Notes: generated by a model from the letters alone, not told the origin. A DNA stretch of 64,000 nt from Octopus sinensis (GCF_006345805.1 NC_043003.1:23312001-23376000), one strand, 5' to 3'; positions 24,141 to 35,674 are shown, numbered from the stretch's first letter. Made by a program: numbers and translations.

Positions 24141-24794
24141 TGTCAGATACTTTCACTTTAACAATAAAAATTAGAGATAATAATAAGAATTGAATTATAT
24201 GTAGTAAGTAATAATTAAAATCAAACTAAAGTATAATATAATCGTAACATAACAAAAGTAAAAATTGCAATTGGTATAAAATTGCATGAATGACTTGAAC
24301 TTGAATAAGTAGTTTCACATGAATGGGAATAAATTAAAAATAAAATTAGCATGCAGAAATGGAATAGTCCAGATGGAGCTGTACCGTTTACCACGGCTTT
24401 TACATTAGATTATCTGTTAATTAGCTAGCATTAAGTATCTATATGACGTTTGGCTGTATCTAATGTCTGTTTTCTCAAACAGCCGCTTCTACTGAGTACT
24501 GCTGTTGGTTTATTTCTTATACATAAAGGGCTATAGCTTCAACTGCGTACTGCTTTTGATCCACCGTAAGGTTTGTTGTTATTATTATTACTGTTTAACT
24601 ATTGTTATGACGTTTTTGGTTCCTCGTATATATATAATATATACGTTGTTGTGTTGCATTTGTTAAATAATTGTAAACCGTAACCCTCCCCCTTTGGGAG
24701 AAGGAGCTTTGGTTATTGTTTAAAAATTGAATTGTGTCCTTCTTTGGGGAAATTGACAATATTTTCACCGTTTATACGGAACCATTTTTGTTAG

Positions 24795-25330
24795 AATGCC
24801 TTCGATAGAAGAAAGTCCAAAAATGAATTTCGCTGCAGCCGTCGGCGGGCGCGAACTCATTAAAATTAAAATGGAAGAAATACAAACCTATTTCGGATTG
24901 ATCAGTGACAAAGACGGTGAATCTAGGATAACACCACCAAACGAAATAAAAATTTAAATTAAAGAAAAGACTATTGTCTATAAAGTATAAAATTTAGGGG
25001 AAAAAAACACATTTGAACACCTGGAGGAAAGCACCATCGAAAAGTGTCTTGGTGCGACTATGAAAGATATCTAACCAGAGGCGGTAAATTTGCCCCAATA
25101 GAAGCAAGGTTCGAGTCAAAGGAGCGTGCAAGGGAGTACTCGACTCGAACCTTACAAAGTGGAAATATTTATTTTTACCTTTATATCTGGGACGTAGGAG
25201 GTCCCAGATAAAAATTAAGAATGTCCCCCCAGAAGTACAGGTAGGCTTGATTGTAGCCACACTTCTATACAAGAGGGAGGTGAAGATGCAATTGATCGAA
25301 ATTGCAAGAGACGGGCCTACAATTCCAGTC
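24795..25330 (+). pseudogene. Decayed ORF, possibly a LINE ORF1-like remnant
   Basis: MPSIEESPKMNFAAAVGGRELIKIK...YLTRGGKFAPIEARFESKERAREYS...IKIKNVPPEV is readable across stops and frameshifts; the family assignment is an inference. Confidence 0.35.
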
Positions 25331-26247
25331 TGATATATATTTTGAGTATTGTTATCACTAGCGATATCAAGATATAACTTTGTATTTTGTATTTTATGTG
25401 TAGATGTATATATATAGATGTACATGTAATATGTACACATATATACATGCACTAGCACTATGACCCGGCAACGAGGGGTCATAATGCTAGTATATGTAAA
25501 TAATATATATATAATATATATATATATATTATATATATATATTATATATAATAATATATATATATATATATTATATATATATATAAATTCGGTGTCTGTT
25601 GCGTTCCATTACTTGATAAATGAAAAATGTATAAACAAATGACTTAATATATACTGAATATAAACACAAACGAAAGACAAGCAGAGGTCCGTAATTCTTC
25701 GTCAATTATCGACAATTTGGTGATATTCAGTTTCAGATAAAACTGAGTGCTTCCCGCAAAAATTAAAAAGAAACATGGTGTTCCATGCAGAGAATTAAGG
25801 AGGACAACAAACAAAACAATACAAGCAAAACGACAGAGCGTGTGATTTAGTACAGTAGACGAAGACAAACAGTCTAAAAAAATATGGCCTTGGGGGCCAA
25901 GGAGAAAAGAATAGCAGGTAACGCTTTGAGAATGTTTAGAAAAATGGAAAACGGAAAGACAGAATTTTCACAGGAAGAGTGAGGGGAATCGGCTGCTGGT
26001 CACGTGACAGTGGCTGGCAGAGGCGGTAGACATCGGGGAGATGGAGTGACAGAGGAGAAGTGAAGTGGATGGAGGGGAAGGAGAAAGGCTAGGAATACAA
26101 GAGGGAGAGAAAAGAAAGGAGTAAGTAGAAGGGCTAGAATAGAAGTGAGAGAGTGAGAGAAAGAAACGGGTGAAGAATGAAGGTAAGAGAGAGAGAGAGG
26201 GGGGAAATATACATACAGAGAGAGACACACACGGGTTTATAAAAAAA

Positions 26248-26482
26248 AGGCGGCGAGCTGGCAAAAACGTTAGCACGCCGGGCGAAATGCTTAGCGGTAT
26301 TTCGTCTGCGTTACGTTGTGAGTTCAAATTCCGTTGAGGTCGACTTTGCCTTTCATCCTTTCGGGGTTGATAAATTAAGTACCAGTTACGCACTGGGATC
26401 AATATAATCGACTTAATACCTATGTCTGTTCTTGTTTGTCCACTCTGTATTTAGCCCCTTGTGGGTAATAAAGAAATAGGTA
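26248..26482 (+). mobile_element. SINE family A, full length
   Basis: AAGGCGGCGAGCTGGCA head through the AAAGAAATAGG tail. Confidence 0.85.
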
Positions 26483-26766
26483 TATAAAAAAAATTACTTC
26501 TTAATACAAATTCGTTGTGTTGCGTTCCTTTATTCGATAAGAGTTACCACTATTTTCATCTCCATAGGCCCCATGCTATATTTTGTTCGACTGTTCGTCC
26601 TGCGAAAGTGAAAATTACCAATTGGTCGATAACTGACGAAGAATTACAGACCTTTTGTCTGTTTCGCGGTCGTATTTACATTCAGTATACGTTAAGTCGT
26701 TTGTTTATAAAGTTTTTCTTTTATACATCTTTATATATGAGTGTGTTTGTGTATGCTCACATACAT

Positions 26767-26825
<59 letters not shown>

Positions 26826-26955
26826 ACATATATATGTACATATATATACATATATGTATAATCTAGTAGCGCTTCATGGGCAAGACTTGAAAGAATATAG
26901 AAATAATGAGATGATGTAAACTCTGACTTTCTTCTCTTTTTGTTCTCTTTACCTC

Positions 26956-26992
26956 TACCCCTGACGAATGATTTAATCCGAAACGTTGGATA
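26956..26992 (+). ncRNA. Minimal hammerhead-like motif (CTGANGAAG type) in a pLTR-like fragment
   Basis: TACCC-CTGACGA-A-TGAT(tta)ATCC-GAAA-CG-TT-GGATA; one mismatch at the base of stem II and one in stem I. Confidence 0.55.
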
Positions 26993-27031
26993 TTGCACTC
27001 CTCCCAGCAAGTTCACTGTATCCCTTTTAGT

Positions 27032-27110
<79 letters not shown>

Positions 27111-27124
27111 GTACATGTACACAT

Positions 27125-27155
<31 letters not shown>

Positions 27156-27513
27156 CATACATACATAATTCTACTGGCTGCTACATCGTGTCTACTACTG
27201 ATTTATTAATTTTAAACAGGGATACATTTTATATATATATATGTATACATATATACATATATGCATATATATGTGTGTGTGTGTGTGTCTGTGTGTCTGT
27301 GTGTGAACTCTTTTACTTGTTTCAGTCATTCGACTGTGGCCATGCTGAAGCGCCGCCTTTAGTGAGAAAATCGACCCCAGGACTTATTCTATCGGTCTCT
27401 TTGGCTGAACCGCTAAGTTATGCGGACGTAAACACACCAGGTGCCTTGCAGTGGGACTGAACCTGGAACCACGTGGTTAGTAAGCAAGTTACTACCATAA
27501 AGCCACTCCTGTA

Positions 27514-27924
27514 TTCCAGGTTATCAGCACATTTACTATTTTACTCTTTACTACTGCAGTGTAAACAATTATCTGAAAAAAGCATTTTTGAAAAATATAT
27601 ATAACTTTCCTCTTATTAGTCTGTGGGGGAAGAAGATATTTTTAAAATATCTTATTGAAAAATATCTTCTTTCCCCACAGACTAATAACAGGTAAGTTAT
27701 ATATATTTTTCAAATAATTTTATTGTATTTTATTGTAGGTTTTTAAATGCTTATATTATTTTATTGGATATATATTTCTATATGTATTCCATACTATAAG
27801 GTTAACCTGAAATAGGAGTTGCAGTTCTATTGGTAAAATCCCAAATTTGTAATAATATTATAAATGATACTTTTTACACTGCATTAGTAAAGTGTAAAAT
27901 GGTATATGTCCTGATAACCTGGAA
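27514..27924. mobile_element. MITE with TA target duplication and an internal about 120-bp hairpin (27589-27712)
   Basis: TA-TTCCAGGTTATCAG...CTGATAACCTGGAA-TA. Confidence 0.75.
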
Positions 27925-28100
27925 TACTTATTATTCCCTAAGAGTCTAATCATATATATATATATAGATATATATATATATATATATACTATATATATAT
28001 AAATATATAATATGAGGTAATAAAAATTTAAGAATTTTTACTAGCAGTGGCGTAGCGTAAAAAAGTTAATCAATAGACTATATATTATTCATATAAAATA

Positions 28101-28500
28101 AAGGCGCAGGAGTGGCTGTGTGGTAAGTAGCTTGCTAACCAACCACATGGTTCTGGGTTCAGACCCACTGCGTGGCATCTTGGGCAAATATCTTTTGCTA
28201 TAGCCCCGGGTCGACCAATGCCTTGTGAGTGGATTTGGTAAACGGAAACTGAAAGAAGCCTCTCGTATATGTATATATATGTGTGTGTGTTTGTGTGTCT
28301 GTGTTTGTGTGTCCCCCTAGCATTGCTTGACAACCGATGCTGGTGTGTTTACGTCCCCGTCACCTAGCGGTTCGGCAAAAGAGACCGATAGAATAAATAC
28401 TGGGCTTACAAAGAATAAGTCCCGGGGTCGATTTGCTCGACTAAAGGCGGTGCTCCAGCATGGTCGCAGTCAAATGACTGGAACAAGTAAAAGAGTAAAG
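28101..28500 (+). mobile_element. SINE family B
   Basis: Full-length match to the other copies. Confidence 0.88.
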
Positions 28501-28792
28501 TGTGTACATTAAAACACATTAAGAGGCTTCCATCATAGGAATCCTTTACGCTAGAAAGAACAGCTAAATTCCAAACCACTAATTAGGGATGAATTCTCGA
28601 AGGGAATGAAAAATAAAACATATATACATGTAGATGTACATATAGATACATTGTGGAATATCTACAGTGATTATGACAAATTTCATAAATCAAATTTCTA
28701 TAGGTCAATCGCCATCTAGCTGGCACCACAAATTATTATTGATAACTTTTGTATACTACGTGACATTGTCCCTCAATCGAAATTTGGTTTAC

Positions 28793-29040
28793 ACTTTTAC
28801 TCTTTTACTGGTTTCAATCATTTGACTGTGGCCGTGCTGGGGCACCGCCCGTAGTCGAGCAAATCGACCTCAGGGCTTATTCTTTGTAAGCCTAGTACTT
28901 ATTCTATCGGTCTCTTTTGCCGAACCGCTAAGTTACGGTGACGTAAACACACCAGCATCGGTTGTCAAGCGATGTCGAGGGGACAAACACAAACATATAC
29001 ACACACATACAAATATACATACATACATACATACATACAT

Positions 29041-29083
<43 letters not shown>

Positions 29084-29093
29084 AAGCCCGTCG

Positions 29094-29124
<31 letters not shown>

Positions 29125-29128
29125 TATC

Positions 29129-29159
<31 letters not shown>

Positions 29160-29330
29160 CGACGGGCTTCTTTCAGTTTCCGTCTACCAAATCCACTCAC
29201 AAAGCTTTGGTCGGCCCGAGGCTATAGTAGAAAACATTTGCCCAAGGCGCCACGCAGTGGGACTGAACCCAGAACCATGTGGTTGGTGAGCAAGCTACTT
29301 ACCACACAGACACTCCAACGCCTAGCTACT
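28793..29330 (-). mobile_element. SINE family B, inverted partner of 28101
   Basis: Full-length reverse complement. Confidence 0.88.
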
Positions 29331-30106
29331 TACCGCACAGCCACACCTACGCCTGAAATATTTCGATAGGCATCTGCTAGTTTTGAAAACCGGACATTAT
29401 TCTGTAACCTATTGTCGCTAACTCTAGCAATGTGTCCTGTCCAACGGAGATTTTACTGCATGGATTGAAAGGCAGTATTTCTGAAAACTTCAGAATTTGA
29501 GATACGTTCTCATCGTTTGATATTCAATGATGACGCATTACAAAAGTTCTGATTCTTTTGATTTCTGTTTTGAAAACTATGTTTCTGCGTCATGAATTAA
29601 TGTTGAGATCAAAATAGTTCTGTACACTTGGCATTTTACTTCCATTGAGATTTTATGGCTTTTCCATAAGTACTCAATAAGACATTTAAATTCAGACGAA
29701 GCTGTAGATATACAACTTTCGTTTTGCTTTGTCTTGTTGTAGATATACAATTTCGGAGCTCATTTTCTTGTTTATTCTCTCTCCATATAATGTTGGCTAG
29801 ATATAAAATGAGAGGCAGAATTTAGAATCTTTATATCCAACTAGATATTGTCAATTTACATATTTGCCCGTCAGTGTTTTTTCAGTTTTTGTAGGCTGAA
29901 GTCAAGAATAGAGTAAGCAAATGTGGTCTGCACGTAATTGTGCTCCAAGGGTAGCGTAATTTGCAAAGATTATTTAACGAATGAAACTGAATTTTGTTTT
30001 TGAGTTTGATTTCAGCTGAATTGGCCACTTATAGGTATTGGTAGTACTGATACATCCTTGCCTATGTTATAAGTTGCATCCTCGATAACTACATATAAGT
30101 ATTTTA

Positions 30107-30303
30107 TAGGCGCAGGAGTGGCTGTGTGGTAAGTAGCTTGCTTACCAACCACATGGTTCCGGGTTCAGTCCCACTGCGTAGCACCTTGTATCTTCTACTA
30201 TAGCCTCGGGCCGACCAAAGCTTTGTGTGAGGATTTGGTAGACGGAAACTGAAAGAAGCCCGTCGTATATGTGTATATGTACTTATATATATATATATAT
30301 ATA

Positions 30304-30341
<38 letters not shown>

Positions 30342-30541
30342 GTTTGTGTGTCTCCCCCAACATTGCTTGACAACTGATGTTGGTGTGCTTACGTCCCCGT
30401 AACTTAGCGGTTCAGCAAAAGAGACAGAGAATAAGTATTAGGCTTACAAAGAATAAGTCCTGGGGTCGATTTGCTCGACTAAAGGTGGTGCTCTAGCATG
30501 ACCGCAGTCAATTGACTGAAACAAGTAAAAGAGTAAAAGAG
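30107..30541 (+). mobile_element. SINE family B
   Basis: Full-length match. Confidence 0.88.
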
Positions 30542-30751
30542 TATATACTGAAGAAGGCAGAGGATACGACACAAAACTGCACAATGTTGTTTGTAACTTC
30601 GCATGGGACAGAAAGTTCTTTCTCCATCGTGACGCTAGCATTCATACCATGATGTTACCCCTTTACTCACACACACTTCGCGCACACATTCTCCCATTTA
30701 TGCATATGTATGTTTATATATTTATTTATATGAATATATCTGTCTCAATCT

Positions 30752-30812
<61 letters not shown>

Positions 30813-31019
30813 GTGAAATAGAAAGATGAATAATCTTGTAGTAGATTAATCAAAAGTTTAACCGATACCTTAGTAGCAAAAATCACAGCAGTAAACAGCA
30901 CGGTTGGAGGTACAACCATCTGGCGTTGCAACCGTGCGTTGGTGCGGATAATTGAAATTAAACATTATTGGTGAATTGAAGAAATGGAGCTGAACGCAGA
31001 TTGAACAGAAATCGTTTTA

Positions 31020-31109
31020 TTTCATTCTACACGTGTTTCGAAAGGCACAAATTACCAAAATCCGATTGAATAATGAGACCATATTGTGTCTTTCTCTTCA
31101 GGAAGAAAA
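31020..31109 (-). ncRNA. Type I hammerhead ribozyme, intact core, long stem II
   Basis: Minus strand reads TTTTCTTC-CTGAAGA-GAAAGACACAAT...TTGTGCCTTTC-GAAA-CACGTG-TA-GAATGAAA; palindromic stem III ACACGTGT, GUA triplet, stem I 3+4 bp. Confidence 0.82.
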
Positions 31110-31118
31110 AAGGAAGAA

Positions 31119-31199
31119 CTGAAGAGAAAGACACAATATGGTCCCATTATTCAATCGGATTTTGGTAATTGTGCCTTTCGAAACACGTGTAGAATGAAA
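31119..31199 (+). ncRNA. Mirror-image hammerhead lacking the 5' strand of stem I
   Basis: CTGAAGA 31119-31125, GAAA 31180-31183, CACGTG-TA; the upstream GGAAGAA cannot pair with GAATGAAA. Confidence 0.6.
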
Positions 31200-31251
31200 T
31201 AAAACGATTTTGTTCAATCTGCGTTCAGCTCCATTTCTTCAATTCACCAAT

Positions 31252-31290
<39 letters not shown>

Positions 31291-31291
<1 letters not shown>

Positions 31292-32163
31292 GTGCCCCTA
31301 GCAAGCTCTCCGTAGAGTATGTCATTGGGGATTCTACCATCTTCCATACGGCTAACATGTCCAAGCCATCTCAATCGACTTTGTGTGAGGAGTGCAAACA
31401 TGCTTGGTATTCCTGCTTGCTTGAGGACATCTTTGTTGGGGGCATGATTCTGCCATTTGATGCCAAGGATGTTCCGTGAAAAATATTTAGGCGACGCTCT
31501 TGGCGTGTGCATCGCGTCGAAGTTTCACTTCCATACAGTAGAGTGTTAAGTACACATGCCTGGTAAATCTTCATTTTTGTGGTTTGGTCAGCTTGCTGTT
31601 GTCCCATGCCCGTTTGGAGAGTTGGGCCTTCACAGCAGCTGCCTTGCCAATGCGTATATTGAGCTCGGCATCAATGGATATGTTGTAGGTGACGGTAGTG
31701 CCAAGATAGTTAAACTTCTCCACCTCCTGTAATCTGTGGTTTCCAATATGTATGTTTGGGATATCCGATGTAGCCTGACACGTGATGTCTGTGGGAAGAC
31801 CGTTCTTACGATACAAGGAGGTTTGCAAAAGGGACATGAAGGCCTGCAACATCAATATTAGCAACTGGGAGGCAGTTGTCAGCAACCGTGGAGTTTGATG
31901 ACGTACCGTAAAAGAGGGAACACAAAGGAGTGACAAACTGAGAAAAAGACAAAAAAGACGTCAACAAGAAATTATGACATTACAACCAGCCAGGCAAAGT
32001 CTTCAGTACATTTGCGGCACCTGCCAGAGGGAGTGTTTGTCCCAGATAGGACTACACAGCCACAACAGGAGATGTATTAGGACATGAAATGTAAAAGCCG
32101 GACTAGATTATTTTATGCGCAACTCCATTGTCTCCCGAGACAAAAAGGATGCCGACAACTACA
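31291..32163. mobile_element. RTE-clade LINE 3' fragment with a 5' inversion (31291-31790 minus, 31791-32163 plus)
   Basis: Minus part: EVEKFNYLG...RIGKAAA...KIYQACVLNTLLYGSE...RWLGHVSRMEDGRIP.DILYGELARG. Plus part: VGRPFLRYKEVCKRDMKAC...CGTCQRECLSQIGLHSH and the CTCCATTGTCTCC.GAGAC...GGATGCC tail. TSD ATATATATGGGTG at 31282-31294 and 32164-32176. Confidence 0.88.
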
Positions 32164-32348
32164 ATATATATGGGTGACTTATTAGCAATTTAAACCTAAA
32201 ACCAAATTTATAGACGTCACTACATTTACGGACGGTACGAAGTGATACTGGCATTGCTAGAAGCAAGAGTCAAACCGACTCATTAGCCACAAGAATATTA
32301 TTGTAATAAGCTGACACGGGAGACAACGCTCACTATGGTTGCAGACAT

Positions 32349-32408
32349 AGCCATATCACCGGTGATTTCGAATTTTGATGCAGACCATCTAAATTCTCGT
32401 TAGTGGCT
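32349..32408 (-). ncRNA. Type I hammerhead ribozyme with a core G5-to-A change
   Basis: AGCCA-CTAACGA-GAATTT(15 nt)AAATTC-GAAA-TCACCGGTGA-TA-TGGCT. Confidence 0.75.
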
Positions 32409-32763
32409 CTTACTGCATCTAGGGTTAAGCTCAACTCACCTTATCGACTTGTAAGATATACCATTGAAGATGTGCTTATTTCAAAAGCGGCAGAAATGAA
32501 AACTATAAATAATATATGCGGCTTATTAGCAATTTAAACTTAAAGGCAAATTTATAGACCTTACAATAAATAGAGTCGGTATGACTCTTATTTCTAGCAA
32601 TCCTGGTACCACATTGAACTTTTTGTCACCTTAGTGACGTCTATAAAGTTGCTTTAAGGTTTAAGTTGCTAATAAACCACCCATATTATTTATAGTCTTC
32701 ACTTCTAGCGTTTTTGAAATCAAGTTGGCGATGTGAGTTGAGCTTAACCCTAGGCGCGGTAAG

Positions 32764-32823
32764 AGCCACTGATGAGAATTTAGATGCTCTGCAACGAAAT
32801 TCGAAATCACCGGTGAGATGGCT
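32764..32823 (+). ncRNA. Type I hammerhead ribozyme with a U16.1-to-G change
   Basis: AGCCA-CTGATGA-GAATTT(15 nt)AAATTC-GAAA-TCACCGGTGA-GA-TGGCT. Confidence 0.78.
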
Positions 32824-32964
32824 ATGTCTGCGACCGTAGGGAGCTTTGTGCCTCTTATCATCTTATTAAGCTAGTGCTCTTGTAGCTAATGAGTTGGTTT
32901 GACTTATTTCTAGCAATGCCCGTACCAATTTTTACCCTCTGTCACTTTAATGACGTGTATATAA

Positions 32965-33013
<49 letters not shown>

Positions 33014-33031
33014 GATATATATATATATTAT

Positions 33032-33093
<62 letters not shown>

Positions 33094-34087
33094 TACACAC
33101 ACACAATATATATATATATATATATATATTCCCCCAAAATGTACAAGAATGCAACTGGACTGTTGTCCACATACATCTGCGGGATCAGGCATGTTGTAAG
33201 CGTAGGGGTAGGGCTAATAACCATGAGAACTTTATGAGGAATATATCTTTGCTATATGATAGTAATCTGCCTTTGCCTGTGTTTAAAACTCAACGCCGCA
33301 AAAAAATTGAAACTTTCTAACTATCGCTCTTCCACACACTATAGATATTGTTTGCTAACATCTCAATCAGCTGCGTACCACAATTTTGAAGTATTTATGA
33401 AGAATAATTATCTTTACATGCTGTCTCCTACAATGGAAGCTCGCCATTGTCAGCGCTTGTTATAGAGAGATATTCCCTTTGGCGACAAGCAATTAGATGA
33501 AAATTATTAATACAAAAAATACACTAAAGCAATTTTTTTAATATAAATGTTTATTTGTTTAAATATCAAAGATAGCGACGCATTTGGATTCCATTAAATT
33601 CCATTACAAAACTCCTCCATGTTTTGATATTTCTTATCGTGCTTATCAGTTGGTGAACACTTCCGGCAACAAGATAATAAAAAAATTAAGAGAATGGAAA
33701 GCAATAATATATTTCTGGAATTGATGTTGGTATTACTGAACATTTCATTATAAATAAAAGTACAAGTAATTCGAGTACTAATTTGTTATTTTGGCATAAA
33801 CAGAAAGGAGTCGATTCCTCAAAATCGACCTCAATTCATTACTGGTATTTTACTTATAGAGATGACGTACTTAATTTTGCAAATATGCGTACCTAAATTT
33901 GCAAATATGCATGTCTCCTCGTGTACAGGATGTACTGACTCGCGGAATGTTTAAAAAAAAGCGGCTGGCAATCGCAAAGTATTTGGTATTATTCGATCTT
34001 CGCAGGTGAGATACTGGGCAGATGTCCTTAACCTTTGTCTCCGGTCGATACTAGGTTGGGTATACGCCACGACATTACTGCATATAC

Positions 34088-34640
34088 TAAGGCGGTAAGC
34101 TGGCAGAAACGTCAGCACACCGGGCGAAATGCTTAGCAGTATTTCGTCTGCCGCTACGTTCTGAGTTCAAATTCCGCCGAGGTCGACTTTGCCTTTCATC
34201 ATTTCGGGGTCGATAAATTAAGTACCAGTTACGCACTGGAGTCGATGTAATCGACTTAATCCGTTTGTCTGTCCTTTTTTTGTCCTCTCTGTGTTTAGCC
34301 CCTTGTGGGTAGTAAAGAAATAGGTATTTCGTCTGCCGTTACGTTCTGAGTTCAAATTCCGCCGAGGTCGACTTTGCTTTTCATCCTTTCGGGGTCAATA
34401 AATTAAGTACCAGTTACGCACTGGTTCGATGTAATCGACTTAATCCGTTTGTCTGTCCTTTTTTGTCCTCTCTGTGTTTAGCCCCTTGTGGGTAGTAAAG
34501 AAATAGGTATTTCGTCTGCCGTTACGTTCTGAGTTCAAATTCCGCCAAGGTCCGTTCAAATTCCGGGGTCGATAAAATAAGTACCAGTTACGCACTGGGG
34601 TCGATATAATCGACTTAATCCGTTTGTCTGTCCTTGTTTG
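34088..34640 (+). mobile_element. SINE family A trimer
   Basis: Cores at about 34140, 34325 and 34508. Confidence 0.85.
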
Positions 34641-35279
34641 GGATTGGAATTGGGAACGCAAAGTGCGAGAACGAATGGTGCAAAACCTTTCTTCCTACAC
34701 TAACGATGCTGTTAGATTGCTACCATTCATTTCTGATATAGCGCACATCCAATGATTTTGAAGGCTAGAGAAATAAGTTGAATCATCGATTACAATATAT
34801 TATTTGTACCTTATTCTTATTTCTTTATTGCCCACAAGGGGCTAAACATAGAGGGGACAAACAAAGACTGACAAAGGGATTAAGTCGATGACATCGACTC
34901 CAGTGCGTAACTGATACTTTATTTATCAACCCCGATATTCCTCTCGGATATTCCCGTTACCTTCTTCTCGGATATTCCTTACAATTTGTCATCTGGTTAC
35001 TGTTAATTTGCCGTGCGTTCAGCTGTTTCAACTTCCACCAGAATGCTGGCACAGCAAGATAAATCATTCTCATTACCAAAGCCTAACAATATCCTATAAG
35101 AATATCAGTAATCAATGAATTTTTTATCATCAGGTCTAATTACACGAAAGCGATGAATTTCGTCGTTTTTGATTGCATTAAAAGTAGACTGGAAGAAACC
35201 AGGAATCTGCATGGAGTAATCAAATAAAATATATATTCGAAAATACTTCACTTTATAAAATTATAATATTTAATTTACA

Positions 35280-35645
35280 TGAATTTGTTGGCATCCTTTT
35301 GTCTCAGGAGACAATGGAGTTGGGCATAAACTAATCCAGTCTGGTTTTTACATTTCCTTCCTCTCCAGTTTTGTGCAGGCCTGGGCTAGATGTAAGAAAA
35401 TCCTGGGTAGCCCAATCGTCAGGTTACCTCTCTCGACCTTGCTGACGTAGTCCAAAGGAGTGCAGAGCATTACGTTTGGCACCAGCTTTGTTGTAGGATC
35501 TGCTGGAAGAGTGTTGAGACGAACACTAAACTGCCTACAGGGCTCCACTCTGGATTTCTTCGAAGGTTGTCTCCATTCTGTAACCCTGGATAGGGGCCCA
35601 TACCGGGCACTGTCAGCCGGAGCCAGCTGAGCCCGGAAGTCATGT
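35280..35645 (-). mobile_element. Short non-coding element ending in the RTE 3' tail (RTE-derived SINE)
   Basis: GGCATCCTTTTGTCTCAGGAGACAATGGAG (35290) is the reverse complement of the tail at about 32122-32152; the upstream part is GC-rich and non-coding. Confidence 0.65.
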
Positions 35646-35674
35646 CCGAATCTACTTGGTTATTCTTTTTATTT

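Larger units (their letters stand above)
30959..31259. repeat. About 300-bp near-perfect palindrome (arms about 142 bp, 17-nt purine loop)
   Basis: 30959-31101 is the reverse complement of 31119-31259. Confidence 0.95.
32170..32960. mobile_element. Inverted pair of partially tandem, about 315-345-bp HHR-containing repeats (retrozyme or pLTR-like)
   Basis: 32170-32560 (-) and 32580-32960 (+) are homologous; within each arm the terminal sequence repeats (CTTATTTCTAGCAAT at about 32588 and 32903; CTATAAATTTG..GTTTAAATTGCTAATAAG twice on the minus arm). Confidence 0.8.

Noticed and set aside
27681-27691. 11-nt micro-exon (cccacAG/ACTAATAACAG/GTAAGT)
   Set aside because: It lies in one arm of a MITE hairpin whose mirror arm lacks the donor, and there is no independent support.
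35360-35415. HDV-like ribozyme in the RTE-derived element (GGGCTA/TAGCCC and GAT/ATC stems followed by GG)
   Set aside because: P2, P4 and the catalytic C could not be placed convincingly; a plain hairpin explains it.
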